The notes under the pieces: generated by a model
The model's database searches: none
Seen by the model: the letters and a program-made list of their open reading frames with translations, nothing else
What the model was told of the DNA's origin: nothing
Shown: positions 1 to 8,630 of the stretch, piece by piece
Position numbering within the stretch: the first letter of the stretch is position 1
Layout of the letters: the number at the start of each line of letters is the position of its first letter
UHGV virus genome: UHGV-1442331
Reading direction: 5' to 3' (one strand)
Length of the DNA stretch: 17,777 nt
Source of the DNA: a virus
Translations under genes and position numbers: made by a program

Positions 1-49
1 ATCTACACTTCTAGCTTCGTCGGCAGCGTCAGATGTGTATAAGAGACAG
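1..49. other. Illumina Nextera adapter (P5 tail atctacac, 8-nt index ttctagct, read-1 transposase sequence tcgtcggcagcgtcagatgtgtataagagacag); not biological
   Basis: Exact match, recalled from memory, to the Nextera read-1 adapter at 17-49, preceded by the P5 tail and an 8-nt index-like block. Confidence 0.9.
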
Positions 50-510
50 CTTCTAACGTTGTGTATGGTAAGAAAACTGGTAACACCCCAGACGGTCGTC
101 GTGCTGGCGCGCCGTTCGGACCGGGTGCTAACCCGATGCACGGTCGTGACCAGAAAGGTGCTGTAGCGTCTCTGACTTCCGTTGCTAAACTGCCGTTTGC
201 TTACGCTAAAGATGGTATCTCCTACACCTTCTCTATCGTTCCGAACGCACTGGGTAAAGACGACGAAGTTCGTAAGACCAACCTGGCTGGTCTGATGGAT
301 GGTTACTTCCACCACGAAGCATCCATCGAAGGTGGTCAGCACCTGAACGTTAACGTGATGAACCGTGAAATGCTGCTCGACGCGATGGAAAACCCGGAAA
401 AATATCCGCAGCTGACCATCCGTGTATCTGGCTACGCAGTACGTTTCAACTCGCTGACTAAAGAACAGCAGCAGGACGTTATTACTCGTACCTTCACTCA
501 ATCTATGTAA
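50..510 (+). CDS. pflB: Pyruvate formate-lyase (formate C-acetyltransferase) PflB, C-terminal part; 5' end lies outside the window (reading frame starts at 52)
   Basis: Translation ...[37 protein letters not shown]...[31 protein letters not shown] matches the PflB C-terminus including the glycyl-radical motif RVSGYAV. The tracked ORF begins at a GTG inside the true gene. Confidence 0.9.
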
Positions 511-552
511 TTAGATTTGACTGAAATCGTACAGTAAAAAGCGTACAATAAA

Positions 553-578
553 GGCTCCACGAAAGTGGGGCCTTTTTT
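553..578 (+). terminator. Rho-independent terminator downstream of pflB
   Basis: Hairpin ggctccac-gaaa-gtggggcc (one G-U pair) followed by a tttttt run, about 45 nt after the pflB stop. Confidence 0.6.
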
Positions 579-700
579 AGCACGAGAGCCTTTTTTGTCA
601 GCTATCTATACTTTAAGGTGACTGCCAAAACAGACTCGACGTAGCCTTCGAGCTGCGCACCAACACGGCCTCAGATGGGCCACATCTGGAGAAACACCGC

Positions 701-727
701 AATGTCAGTTATTGGTGACATTTTTTG
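701..727 (+). pseudogene. pflA: 5' remnant of pflA (PFL activating enzyme): first 5 codons only, then the sequence diverges into prophage DNA
   Basis: atgtcagttattggt encodes MSVIG, the PflA N-terminus, at the expected ~190-bp spacing after pflB. The next codons read GDIF-stop instead of RIHSFE. Confidence 0.5.
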
Positions 728-791
728 ATATCTAATCACATGAAATAAAAGGATTTATTTCTGGTCACGTCCACACATTGACCACATCGAC

Positions 792-816
792 AAAAAAAGC
801 CCCTCGACTGAGGGGC
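792..816 (-). terminator. Rho-independent terminator downstream of ogr
   Basis: On the minus strand: GC-rich hairpin (gcccctc / gaggggc, 4-nt loop) followed by a T7 run, about 14 nt after the ogr stop. Confidence 0.6.
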
Positions 817-829
817 TTCCTGTTTCTAA

Positions 830-1048
830 TTACATCCACATAATTTGCTGCCCTGACGGCAACGGGTGCGGTCTTACGGCGTGGACTTCTCCCGGCTTCA
901 CGATGTATCGCTGTACCGACTCATAAGTGATGAACGTGGCGCTGCAATTCACGTTCTGGCACTGATGATAACGCTCTTTTGTCGTGTCAGTGATATAGCG
1001 ACTTGTACGCGCATGTGCGGCATGCTGGCATAAAGGACAATGAAACAT
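830..1048 (-). CDS. ogr: Ogr, zinc-finger late-gene transcriptional activator (72 aa)
   Basis: MFHCPLCQHAAHARTSRYITDTTKERYHQCQNVNCSATFITYESVQRYIVKPGEVHAVRPHPLPSGQQIMWM matches P2 Ogr with its C-x2-C...C-x4-C zinc motif. Start taken at the internal Met preceded by a gaggtg SD, not at the track start 1111. Confidence 0.9.
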   Translation of the reverse strand: MFHCPLCQHAAHARTSRYITDTTKERYHQCQNVNCSATFITYESVQRYIVKPGEVHAVRPHPLPSGQQIMWM

Positions 1049-1129
1049 CGCGAGCACCTCTTCCGGTTTTGTTGATGGTGCCATTTTAGTTAATTTATCC
1101 TTACAAAACAAACAGATAAAACAAAAACA

Positions 1130-2293
1130 TCACTCATCATCTTCTGTTTCGTACTCCACATCAGAAAGCCTGACCTCAAGCTCTAAGGACGTCGTGAAGC
1201 CGCTATTATTCAGAAAATGTGTCACCTTAGTGATTGTCCAGTCCTGCTCGTCTATGACGCGCTTAAAACCTGACACTTTGACCGGCGTTTCCGTGTAAAT
1301 ATCTGCCCGACCGGTAGCCAGGCTGATGGAGAACTCCGCAACGCCCCGTTGCAGTTTATCCCACTTCGCCTGAGCGGCGCGCATGGCCTGCGCTTTCGTG
1401 GCATATACCGTGGTCAGGGCAAAAACGTTGTCAGCCTCACCGGCCATGTATTCACCTTCACGCGCTTCCGGTACTTTAGGCGCTTTCTTCTGCCTGACCG
1501 GTTTCGCTTTCGGGTGCTCCAGTGCGCGCAGGTGTTTCTCTTTCTTTTTGCGTTTCAGTTTTACCTTCTGCTTTTGCGGCTTCGGGTCTTTGGTGTGTAA
1601 CCACTTTGCCGTTACGCCTGTGTAGGCTCCGCGGTCAGCAATCGCAAAATGATGACGGTCGCCGTCGCTGCGGGTGATGGTAATCTGCGGGATTTTTTTA
1701 CCGCTGGCCGTCACCCCCTGCCCCGCTTTGAGAAACAACAATTTTCCCATTTTTACCGACACCTCACCGCCGTTGCGTTCAGCAAGGCGGGTCAGGAATT
1801 TTGCATCAGACTCCTGCGACTGGTCGATGTGCGGGATTTTAATTCCGGCCAGTGACGGCGCGACACTGGCTTCCAGCCTGTTACGGGAGGCTATCACCTC
1901 AACAATCGCACCGAGCGTGGTGTCATGCCAGGAGCCTTCACGGCGGGAATTGAGCGTCCCGCGAAAATCTGCACTCCGGGCGCGGATGGTAACCACATCC
2001 GGCGCGCCCCGGTGTTCAACCTCATCAACGGTAAATTTCCCTTTGCATACCAGGGCAAAACCTTTCCAGCCGATATACACCGTCAGGACAGCGCCACGAA
2101 CCGGCAGCCCGACCTGCCCGTCGGCATCGTTCAGTTCAATATCAAGCTGGTCAGCCTCAAAGCCCCGGTTATCCGTCAGAGTCATGCTCATTAGACGGTC
2201 GCTGATATTGCCGGTAATATCCCTGCTGTCGAGCATCAGCATGTAATCCGGCGTCAGCGTACTGCCTGCATCAAATGTCAGTGCATCCAGCAT
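1130..2293 (-). CDS. D: Tail protein D (P2 gpD, 387 aa)
   Basis: 387-aa ORF matching P2 gpD in sequence and length, in the syntenic position between U and ogr. Confidence 0.9.
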   Translation of the reverse strand: MLDALTFDAGSTLTPDYMLMLDSRDITGNISDRLMSMTLTDNRGFEADQLDIELNDADGQVGLPVRGAVLTVYIGWKGFALVCKGKFTVDEVEHRGAPDVVTIRARSADFRGTLNSRREGSWHDTTLGAIVEVIASRNRLEASVAPSLAGIKIPHIDQSQESDAKFLTRLAERNGGEVSVKMGKLLFLKAGQGVTASGKKIPQITITRSDGDRHHFAIADRGAYTGVTAKWLHTKDPKPQKQKVKLKRKKKEKHLRALEHPKAKPVRQKKAPKVPEAREGEYMAGEADNVFALTTVYATKAQAMRAAQAKWDKLQRGVAEFSISLATGRADIYTETPVKVSGFKRVIDEQDWTITKVTHFLNNSGFTTSLELEVRLSDVEYETEDDE

Positions 2294-2772
2294 TATCCCG
2301 CCCCCGTCATACCTGTGAATTTAGTCGCCATACTGCCAGCCTTACCGATGAGCGATTCCGCCTGTTTACCGATATCGCCATAAAGCGCGGCCAGTGATTC
2401 ATCAACGCGGGTGAGCGACAGCGTAAAATCAATTTTCCGGGGTGTGCCGTCTGCAAAGAAAATACTCCCTGTTTCACTCACCCTGCTGATGACATACATG
2501 CCGTAAATCATGCCGGTGCCATCCAGCAACGGCCACGCCCGACCTTCCTCTGCCATCAGCCTGAGCGTGGTCATCGTCAGCTTTCCGCCGGTCAGTTCGG
2601 GATAAAGCACACCGGCAAGCGTGATGTTTTCCTCGCCAACACCGAGAAACTGAAAGGCATCCCGTTTACCGATACGGGAATTTGACGGCCAGCGATAATC
2701 TGATTCACGCTGCATGGCCTGGTGTGGCAGCGTCTGGCGCATAAAAACAAACATACCTAACGCGAGCATCAT
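2293..2772 (-). CDS. U: Tail protein U (P2 gpU, 159 aa)
   Basis: 159-aa ORF in the P2 position; its stop overlaps the D start (ATGA-type coupling). Confidence 0.85.
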   Translation of the reverse strand: MMLALGMFVFMRQTLPHQAMQRESDYRWPSNSRIGKRDAFQFLGVGEENITLAGVLYPELTGGKLTMTTLRLMAEEGRAWPLLDGTGMIYGMYVISRVSETGSIFFADGTPRKIDFTLSLTRVDESLAALYGDIGKQAESLIGKAGSMATKFTGMTGAG

Positions 2773-2786
2773 TTTTCGTCACCTCC

Positions 2787-5234
2787 TTAACCGTCATGCA
2801 TCATGCTGGCACGGGCGCGCGCACGTTTATCCCGCTCGTATTTTTCGAGCGCATCCTGTAACTGGCGGTCAAGCTGTGTTCCCGGCGCAGAACCACCCGT
2901 CAGGTTAATGTGATATTCGTTTTTACTCTGGTCCACATAAGAGCGACCAGCCGGTGCCGTGACCGGCTGATAAGCCTGATAGCCTGCATAAGAGCTGGTC
3001 GCCGGAATATAACCACCGGTGCCATACGTGGCGGCATGAGTCCTTGCGGCGGTCTGGTCAAGTGTGTCTGACTCTTTGTTGATAACACCGAGTTTTTCCA
3101 GTACCCAGTCAATACCGCTGCGCAGTTTGTTGAACGCATTAAGCGGCAGCATCAGCGCGTCAGCCAGTGCCTGCCCGAACATGACGCCCGTGTCACGGCA
3201 ACGGTTCAGGGTGTCCTGGGTGGCTTTAACCGGGGCAATCAGGTTTTTAAACCACTGCCACGCGGCCTGTAACTTTTCGCCCAGCCAGTCAAACACCGGT
3301 TTCAGTGGCGTGAACAGCTCCCCCACCGGCGCAAATGCCGCTTTCAGCCCTTCAACCACACCGCCAAAGAATGCGCTGACAGGCTCCCAGTATTTACGGA
3401 TAAGCAACGCCCCGGCGACAATGGCGGCCACCACAGCCACAACCGGCCAGCTAATCGCCCCGATGGCCGTCATAACGGCACTACCAACCGTCGTGAAGAT
3501 TGCCCCCATTGCGCCTGCTGCCGCGATGATGGCATTGATGCCGGTGATAACCGGCCAGGCTACAAGACCAATTGCACCGATGATGCCAGTAAGCGCCAGC
3601 GCACCACCGGCAATGAGGCCAATGGTTGACGCCAGTGATTTGTTTTTCTGTATCCAGCCGTCGAGTTTTAACACATACTTTGTGGCCGTCTGCGTGAGCT
3701 TACGCAGCGCGCCTTCCTGCTGGTCAAACAGGTCAGTCCCCACCGCCTCATAAGCGGACTGAAACTCCTTAAAGTCACCGCCGAGGTTATCCTGCATGAT
3801 TTTAACCAGCTCTTCCGTTTTACCGTCCGAGGCTTTCAGCGTGGCGGTCAGCGTATCCAGTTTTCCGCTTGCTGCCGCTGCCAGTAAAACGTTCGCTGAT
3901 TTCAGGGCTTCCTCACCAAAAATGGTTTTAAGGTATTCCCCCTTCTGAGACGTTCCCAGCTTGTGTTTATCAAAGCTGGCCTGAATCTCTTTCAGAATGG
4001 TGAACAACGGACGCATATTTCCCTTTTTGTCCGAGGTTTTAACGCCAAGCTCTTTGAGTGCATCCCATGCTTTTCCAGTCGGTGCCTGTAATCGGGTGAC
4101 AACGGCACTGCTACCCGTACCCGCCATTGACCCCCTGATGTTATTGTCATGCAGCACACCTGTCATGGCCGCTGCCTGCTCAAGACTTACACCTGCCGTC
4201 CTCGCAACCGGCCCGAGGTAAGTCAGTGCATCACTGAGCCCCTGAAAATCAGCCGCCGACTTATTCATCGTTGCCGACAACACGTCGCCCACATGGCTGA
4301 CATCATCATTTGACAGTTGAAAGGATGCCTTAGTCCCCAGCAACAGTTGCGCGTTTTCTTCCATCGACCGCTGATTCGCCAGTGCCATATTCAGCGTGAC
4401 CGGCGTTGCCGCCTGAATAGCCGCAGCATCTCCACCCGCTTTCGCAATGATAATCTGCGCACCGGCCGCATCATCCGCCGAGGCGGCGGTATTATCGCCG
4501 AGCTGGCGCGCCTGCTTGCGTAGTGCAGCCATTTCGGCGGAGTCTTTTGCCACACCGAGCACAGCCTGCAATTCTGAGTTTTTCTGCGCAAACTCATAAC
4601 CGGGCATCAGTAGCTTAACACCGGCCATCGTTCCCGCCGCCGCAATCCCCACACCGGCAGCGCCCACTGAGGCCATATTTCCGGCCAGTTCCTTTCCGGC
4701 CTGATAACGCTGTTTGACTGCGTTAAGTTTTGCCTGTTGCGCACTGACACGCGCCAGCGCGTCGCGCTGACGGTTAAGCTGTGCGGTGGTTTCACTGATA
4801 CGGTTTTTCAGTCCCTGCTCATCATGTGCAAGATTGCGGGTATTAATTCCCACAGCGGCCAGTTCCCGCTGCTGGCGTTTAACGGAATCCGTCAGGCGGT
4901 TATATTTCGCCTGTAAGTCCTCCGCCGCACGCTTTGCGGATTCCAGCACTTTCGCCTGAGCACGTGTCGGACGTTCGGTGTTTTTAAACTGTGTGGCAAG
5001 GGCTTCGGCTTCCTGCCGCGCCTTTTCAAGTGCATGACCAGTCACGGCGAGCTGTGCACTGGTCTTGCGAAATCCCTCAATACGGGATGCCTGACCGTTC
5101 AGCTCGCGCAGTGATTTTTGTGTTTCCCGGATATCCCCCGACAGCGACTTGCTCGCTGTACGGATGGATTTAAACGGGCGGGATGCCTGGTCAACAGCCC
5201 TGAGCAATACCTGTAATTTTACATTGTTACTCAT
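2787..5234 (-). CDS. T: Tail tape measure protein (P2 gpT, 815 aa)
   Basis: 815-aa ORF, the same length as P2 gpT, with a coiled-coil N-terminal half, Ala/Gly-rich hydrophobic middle and conserved C-terminus. Confidence 0.9.
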   Translation of the reverse strand: MSNNVKLQVLLRAVDQASRPFKSIRTASKSLSGDIRETQKSLRELNGQASRIEGFRKTSAQLAVTGHALEKARQEAEALATQFKNTERPTRAQAKVLESAKRAAEDLQAKYNRLTDSVKRQQRELAAVGINTRNLAHDEQGLKNRISETTAQLNRQRDALARVSAQQAKLNAVKQRYQAGKELAGNMASVGAAGVGIAAAGTMAGVKLLMPGYEFAQKNSELQAVLGVAKDSAEMAALRKQARQLGDNTAASADDAAGAQIIIAKAGGDAAAIQAATPVTLNMALANQRSMEENAQLLLGTKASFQLSNDDVSHVGDVLSATMNKSAADFQGLSDALTYLGPVARTAGVSLEQAAAMTGVLHDNNIRGSMAGTGSSAVVTRLQAPTGKAWDALKELGVKTSDKKGNMRPLFTILKEIQASFDKHKLGTSQKGEYLKTIFGEEALKSANVLLAAAASGKLDTLTATLKASDGKTEELVKIMQDNLGGDFKEFQSAYEAVGTDLFDQQEGALRKLTQTATKYVLKLDGWIQKNKSLASTIGLIAGGALALTGIIGAIGLVAWPVITGINAIIAAAGAMGAIFTTVGSAVMTAIGAISWPVVAVVAAIVAGALLIRKYWEPVSAFFGGVVEGLKAAFAPVGELFTPLKPVFDWLGEKLQAAWQWFKNLIAPVKATQDTLNRCRDTGVMFGQALADALMLPLNAFNKLRSGIDWVLEKLGVINKESDTLDQTAARTHAATYGTGGYIPATSSYAGYQAYQPVTAPAGRSYVDQSKNEYHINLTGGSAPGTQLDRQLQDALEKYERDKRARARASMMHDG

Positions 5235-5654
5235 TCGTGTTTCCGCTTCGCCGGAGCGCCTTTTCGCGCCATGTGATGAGTTCGGTCAGGCTCATGGGAT
5301 ACAGTTCTGATGGCGGCCAGTGAAATACCACTGCCACATCCGCCATCAGGTCATCGACCGAGAGATTTTTTGGAAACGTCACTGCACCGAGTTCGGCGAC
5401 AAAAAACCGACCACCTTACCGGCCAGCGCCACAAGGTCAGGCAGTTCCAGCGCGGCGACTTCCTGCTCGGTCAGCATCGGTGCCGTCATGCGCGGCAGCA
5501 CCTTAATCAGTGCATCGACTTCGGAGTTCGCGACCGCTGCCAGACTGACACCACGCAGCGTCCCGGCATTGGGTTTCATCAGCGTGACCTGTTCGATAAC
5601 CTGCTCACCACGTTTGACCGGATTGTCCAGGGTAATGACATTTTCTTTGTTCAT
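5227..5654 (-). CDS. E+E': Tail assembly chaperone E+E' (142 aa), made by a programmed -1 ribosomal frameshift
   Basis: Hand translation in the -1 frame from the slippery site continues ...VAELGAVTFPKNLSVDDLMADVAVVFHWPPSELYPMSLTELITWREKALRRSGNTNE and stops at 5227-5229, giving 142 aa. The end overlaps the T start. Confidence 0.8.
5379..5654 (-). CDS. E: Tail assembly chaperone E (P2 gpE, 91 aa), zero-frame product
   Basis: 91-aa ORF MNKENVITLDNPVKRGEQVIEQVTLMKPNAGTLRGV... directly upstream of T, as in P2. Confidence 0.9.
   Translation of the reverse strand: MNKENVITLDNPVKRGEQVIEQVTLMKPNAGTLRGVSLAAVANSEVDALIKVLPRMTAPMLTEQEVAALELPDLVALAGKVVGFLSPNSVQ
5400..5406 (-). other. Slippery heptamer T-TTT-TTG for the E/E' -1 frameshift
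   Basis: Minus strand reads GGT TTT TTG (G-F-L) in the E frame, near the 3' end of E; this is the canonical tail-chaperone frameshift signal. Confidence 0.8.
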
Positions 5655-5710
5655 GGTTTTCTCACTTATGAATCGGGGTTAACCGGTCAGCCAGGCTGAC
5701 CGGATGAAAA

Positions 5711-6229
5711 TCACAGGCCGATATTGCGGCGGTGTTGCTCCAGCCGGTCGACGCCGTTCACCTTCTCAATCATGTTGATGGTGTCAATTTCGACCAGCTC
5801 CTTACCGTCCATCGTCAGCCGGAAATAAGTGCAGACCACGGAGATTTTCGACTCGGTATCTTCTCCCTGTTTCCCCTCGCCGGTGTCGATTTCTTTCTGA
5901 CGTCCACGCATGACCACCTCGACGGCCACCGTTTCGCCGGTATCGTCGCGCTGGTAAGAGCCTGCAAAACGAATCGGTACGGCATCCACACCGGTTGCGG
6001 CGTAAAGTTCCCAGATAACCGAATCCGGGAAGCCCCCGAGCGACCACTCCATTGACAGCGCATCGTCATCAAGGCCGAGGTCTACCGGTGCGCTGCCGTT
6101 CATCCCCGCACCGCGATAGTTTTCGAGCTTACGGGTCAGTTTTGGCAGCGTGACGGACTTTGCAACGCCCTGATAGCTGTAGCCGTTCAGAAAGACGTTC
6201 ATTAACTTGAGTTTGCGCGGCATTGCCAT
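5711..6229 (-). CDS. FII: Tail tube protein FII (172 aa)
   Basis: 172-aa ORF matching P2 gpFII in sequence and length. Confidence 0.9.
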   Translation of the reverse strand: MAMPRKLKLMNVFLNGYSYQGVAKSVTLPKLTRKLENYRGAGMNGSAPVDLGLDDDALSMEWSLGGFPDSVIWELYAATGVDAVPIRFAGSYQRDDTGETVAVEVVMRGRQKEIDTGEGKQGEDTESKISVVCTYFRLTMDGKELVEIDTINMIEKVNGVDRLEQHRRNIGL

Positions 6230-6241
6230 CGGTCAGGCTCC

Positions 6242-7432
6242 TTAATTGCTGTTAACCGAGGTGACCAGATTTGCCAGATATTTATCAGTAATACGCTGGC
6301 GCAGGGTCAGGTTTTCGAGAGGAGGCACCGGGGTATAGTCATAGTCGATATACAGTTTTCCGGCCTTGAGGGTTTCCGCATCGTTGGATTCTTCGCTGAA
6401 CCAGCAGGTCGCATCCACGATATAGCCGTTTGTTTTCAGCTCACGGAATTTGGCATTGATGCCGTCAACGATGTCGCGAATCAGCGTTGCGGTGATGGGC
6501 TTATCCACCGCCCACATGTGCGCCTCAGCCATCGTGTCGGCCAGCACCTGCGCGGTGCGGGTGTAGTTTTCAAAGAGGAACAGTGGGTCATCAGAGCAGG
6601 TACGGTTACCCCAGAAGCGGAAACCGTCACGGCGAATCAGCGTTGTGACACCTGCCTCGTTCAGCAGGTCAGCATCGGTGCCGGACTCCTGCAAATCCCA
6701 GAATACAGAGGCGCTGATGCCGGTAACACCGTTTACCCCGACATTGGACAGCGTTTTATGCCAGCCCTGCTCCTGGTCGATTTTAGCGCGCAGACCCAGC
6801 GCACGGGCGGTGGCATACGCGGTGGCGGTGGTGCTGCTGACCGTATCCCATGCGAGGAAATCCGGCCAGATGACCATCAGCTCACGCTGGCTGAAATTCT
6901 GGCGGTAGGCTTTCACCTCGGAAATGGTTTTACAGCCCCATGCGCTGATATACCCGAAAGCGCGCAGCTTCTGACAGACTGATGCCAGTGCAACAGCCAC
7001 CTCTTTGGTGTCCAGTCCCGGCACGCCGAGAATACGCGGTTTAACACCGGTTACCGACTCCGCCGCCAGCAGGGCTTTCAGTCCGGTGTACTGACCGTTT
7101 TCGTCGGTGGTGCCGATGATATTGGAAACGGTCTGCGCGAGTTTCGTTTCTTCGTCATCGCCGGTGCCGTCTTCCACGCGCACGACAACGGTGACCGGTT
7201 TTGACTGGTCGGCGATGGCCTGCAACGATGCCGCCAGCGTGCCTTTTTTACCGGCCTTTGCAATTGCGCTCTGCACATTGGTAATCAGCACAGGTTTATT
7301 GAGGGGGAAGGTTTCCGCATCCGCATCGCTAGCCGTACAGACCATGCCGACAACGGCAGTGGATACGGTGGAAATGACGCGGGTGCCGTCGTTAATCTCC
7401 AGCACCTGCACGCCATGATGATAGTCACTCAT
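6242..7432 (-). CDS. FI: Contractile tail sheath protein FI (396 aa)
   Basis: 396-aa ORF MSDYHHGVQVLEINDGTRVISTV... matching P2 gpFI in sequence and length. Confidence 0.9.
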   Translation of the reverse strand: MSDYHHGVQVLEINDGTRVISTVSTAVVGMVCTASDADAETFPLNKPVLITNVQSAIAKAGKKGTLAASLQAIADQSKPVTVVVRVEDGTGDDEETKLAQTVSNIIGTTDENGQYTGLKALLAAESVTGVKPRILGVPGLDTKEVAVALASVCQKLRAFGYISAWGCKTISEVKAYRQNFSQRELMVIWPDFLAWDTVSSTTATAYATARALGLRAKIDQEQGWHKTLSNVGVNGVTGISASVFWDLQESGTDADLLNEAGVTTLIRRDGFRFWGNRTCSDDPLFLFENYTRTAQVLADTMAEAHMWAVDKPITATLIRDIVDGINAKFRELKTNGYIVDATCWFSEESNDAETLKAGKLYIDYDYTPVPPLENLTLRQRITDKYLANLVTSVNSN

Positions 7433-7525
7433 CCGTTTAACTCCGTGGTTAATGGGTGCAACTATTTTCTGTTGGGCAGTGCATGAGACGCTATTTGACC
7501 TGGCTGGTCAGTGGATGAAACAACA

Positions 7526-7555
7526 GATAAAGAAAAGGCGGGCAATTTGCCCGCC
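7526..7555 (-). terminator. Rho-independent terminator (minus-strand sense) between the accessory ORF and FI; probable end of the V-to-G late transcript
   Basis: Stem ggcgggc / gcccgcc with a 5-nt loop at 7537-7555, followed on the minus strand by ttttctttat. Confidence 0.5.
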
Positions 7556-7754
7556 TGTCCTGATTTGTACTCACTCATTTTCCGACTGACAATTTACATA
7601 GCCCAAACGCTATCAAATCTGACAGTCTGCTTTGGGTAAACTGATAATGGGCAGAGCTTTGTATGGCTAACTTCAGCATGATACCTTACAGTCAAGCTGA
7701 CAAAAGGCGGAATGATTATTCGTTGATACACATCCTCCTGTAAGGAAACAAAGC

Positions 7755-8525
7755 ATGTATAAAGAACTTATAGAACAGAGACTGAATGAGGCAAAAGCCG
7801 CCAGAGCTGCGCTGAGCAAGACTAATGGTGTAATTGTCGAAAAAACACATAACCCTGACCGCGGACTGTATCTCGTTAATTATGCCAATTTACTTATGAA
7901 CAGGCAGATAGACATCTTCGATGATGCGCTTCTCCTCCTCGAAAACGAACGATACCAAAGCGCTTGTATTGTTAGCCGAGGAATGATTGAAACTCATGCC
8001 TTCTCACGACTCTTAAACAAGAAAGTAGAGAAAATTTTGACTACCCAAAATGGCCACGCAAGTGTAGATAACGCTATCGAAGTTATATTGAACTTTACGA
8101 ATAGTTCTCGATTTAAAAAGTCAGAGCAAGAAAAGATTCAGAAAGGAGTATTTGACCCGAACGACTACATGTTTACTGAGGAGGCTAAATATCGTTTTGA
8201 AAACCTACTTGCTGTCAGTATGCATGTGATGACTGCTTTACGCGAACTCTATAAAGATGAGATGAAGCAGACTAATCAGATGGAAAGTGATTTTGAACTG
8301 ACTTATGACATACTTAGCGAATATGTTCATCCTTCACAAACGAGCATCTACCACTACTACACACCTGAAACCCACTTAGTTCCTACTTCAGTTGGTAATA
8401 TTCATGCTTATGTGCATGCTCAGCTACAATGTGTGAGAGCGCTACTTTTCATATTAGAAGCAAAGAGTCAACATTATTGGTCTACACAGTTAGCAAATGA
8501 GATGACCAAACGAGCTAAAGAGTAA
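7755..8525 (+). CDS. Hypothetical 256-aa soluble protein in the G-FI accessory slot (P2 Z/fun position); candidate phage-exclusion or defence gene
   Basis: ATG preceded by an aagga SD with 8-nt spacing. Opposite strand to every flanking late gene. Hand-counted GC about 33-47% in three 60-nt blocks, against a clearly GC-richer backbone. No TM segments; no domain recognised. Confidence 0.7.
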   Translation: MYKELIEQRLNEAKAARAALSKTNGVIVEKTHNPDRGLYLVNYANLLMNRQIDIFDDALLLLENERYQSACIVSRGMIETHAFSRLLNKKVEKILTTQNGHASVDNAIEVILNFTNSSRFKKSEQEKIQKGVFDPNDYMFTEEAKYRFENLLAVSMHVMTALRELYKDEMKQTNQMESDFELTYDILSEYVHPSQTSIYHYYTPETHLVPTSVGNIHAYVHAQLQCVRALLFILEAKSQHYWSTQLANEMTKRAKE

Positions 8526-8630
8526 GGCCTAAGCCCTGCAATGTGTTTATTTGAAAAATATTTCAATTTTTTCTTTGTATGCTGTAAATGACCTGAGCCC
8601 CTCTGACCAGAGAGCCTTGATGTTATCAAT

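Noticed and set aside
716-830. Canonical P2 attP core sequence next to ogr
   Set aside because: I could not find the P2 core as I remember it in this interval, and my recollection of the exact 27-nt core is not reliable enough to call an att site. The junction is reported instead as an open question.
830-1111. Longer 93-aa version of ogr starting at 1111
   Set aside because: The P2 Ogr sequence begins at the internal Met (1048), which has an SD; the N-terminal extension does not match Ogr.
1349-2246. Plus-strand ORFs (83, 80, 68, 190, 89 aa) inside D
   Set aside because: They lie antisense within a confidently identified coding gene, have low-complexity or Arg/Ser/Pro-rich translations typical of the reverse frame of GC-rich genes, and have no SD context.
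3064-3753. 229-aa plus-strand ORF inside T (also 2714..2908, 3997..4221, 4317..4523, 4991..5173)
   Set aside because: Antisense to the tape measure gene; Ala/Ser/Pro-rich composition is a frame artefact of the GC-rich template.
5310-5699. Plus-strand ORFs of 129 and 120 aa opposite E
   Set aside because: Antisense to E/E+E'; no independent support.
7433-7540. Ogr-dependent late promoter (TGT-N12-ACA dyad) upstream of FI, and likewise upstream of V (13683-13765)
   Set aside because: Only imperfect dyads with the wrong spacing or half-sites were found by eye. The promoters must be there, but I cannot place them precisely, so no feature is called.
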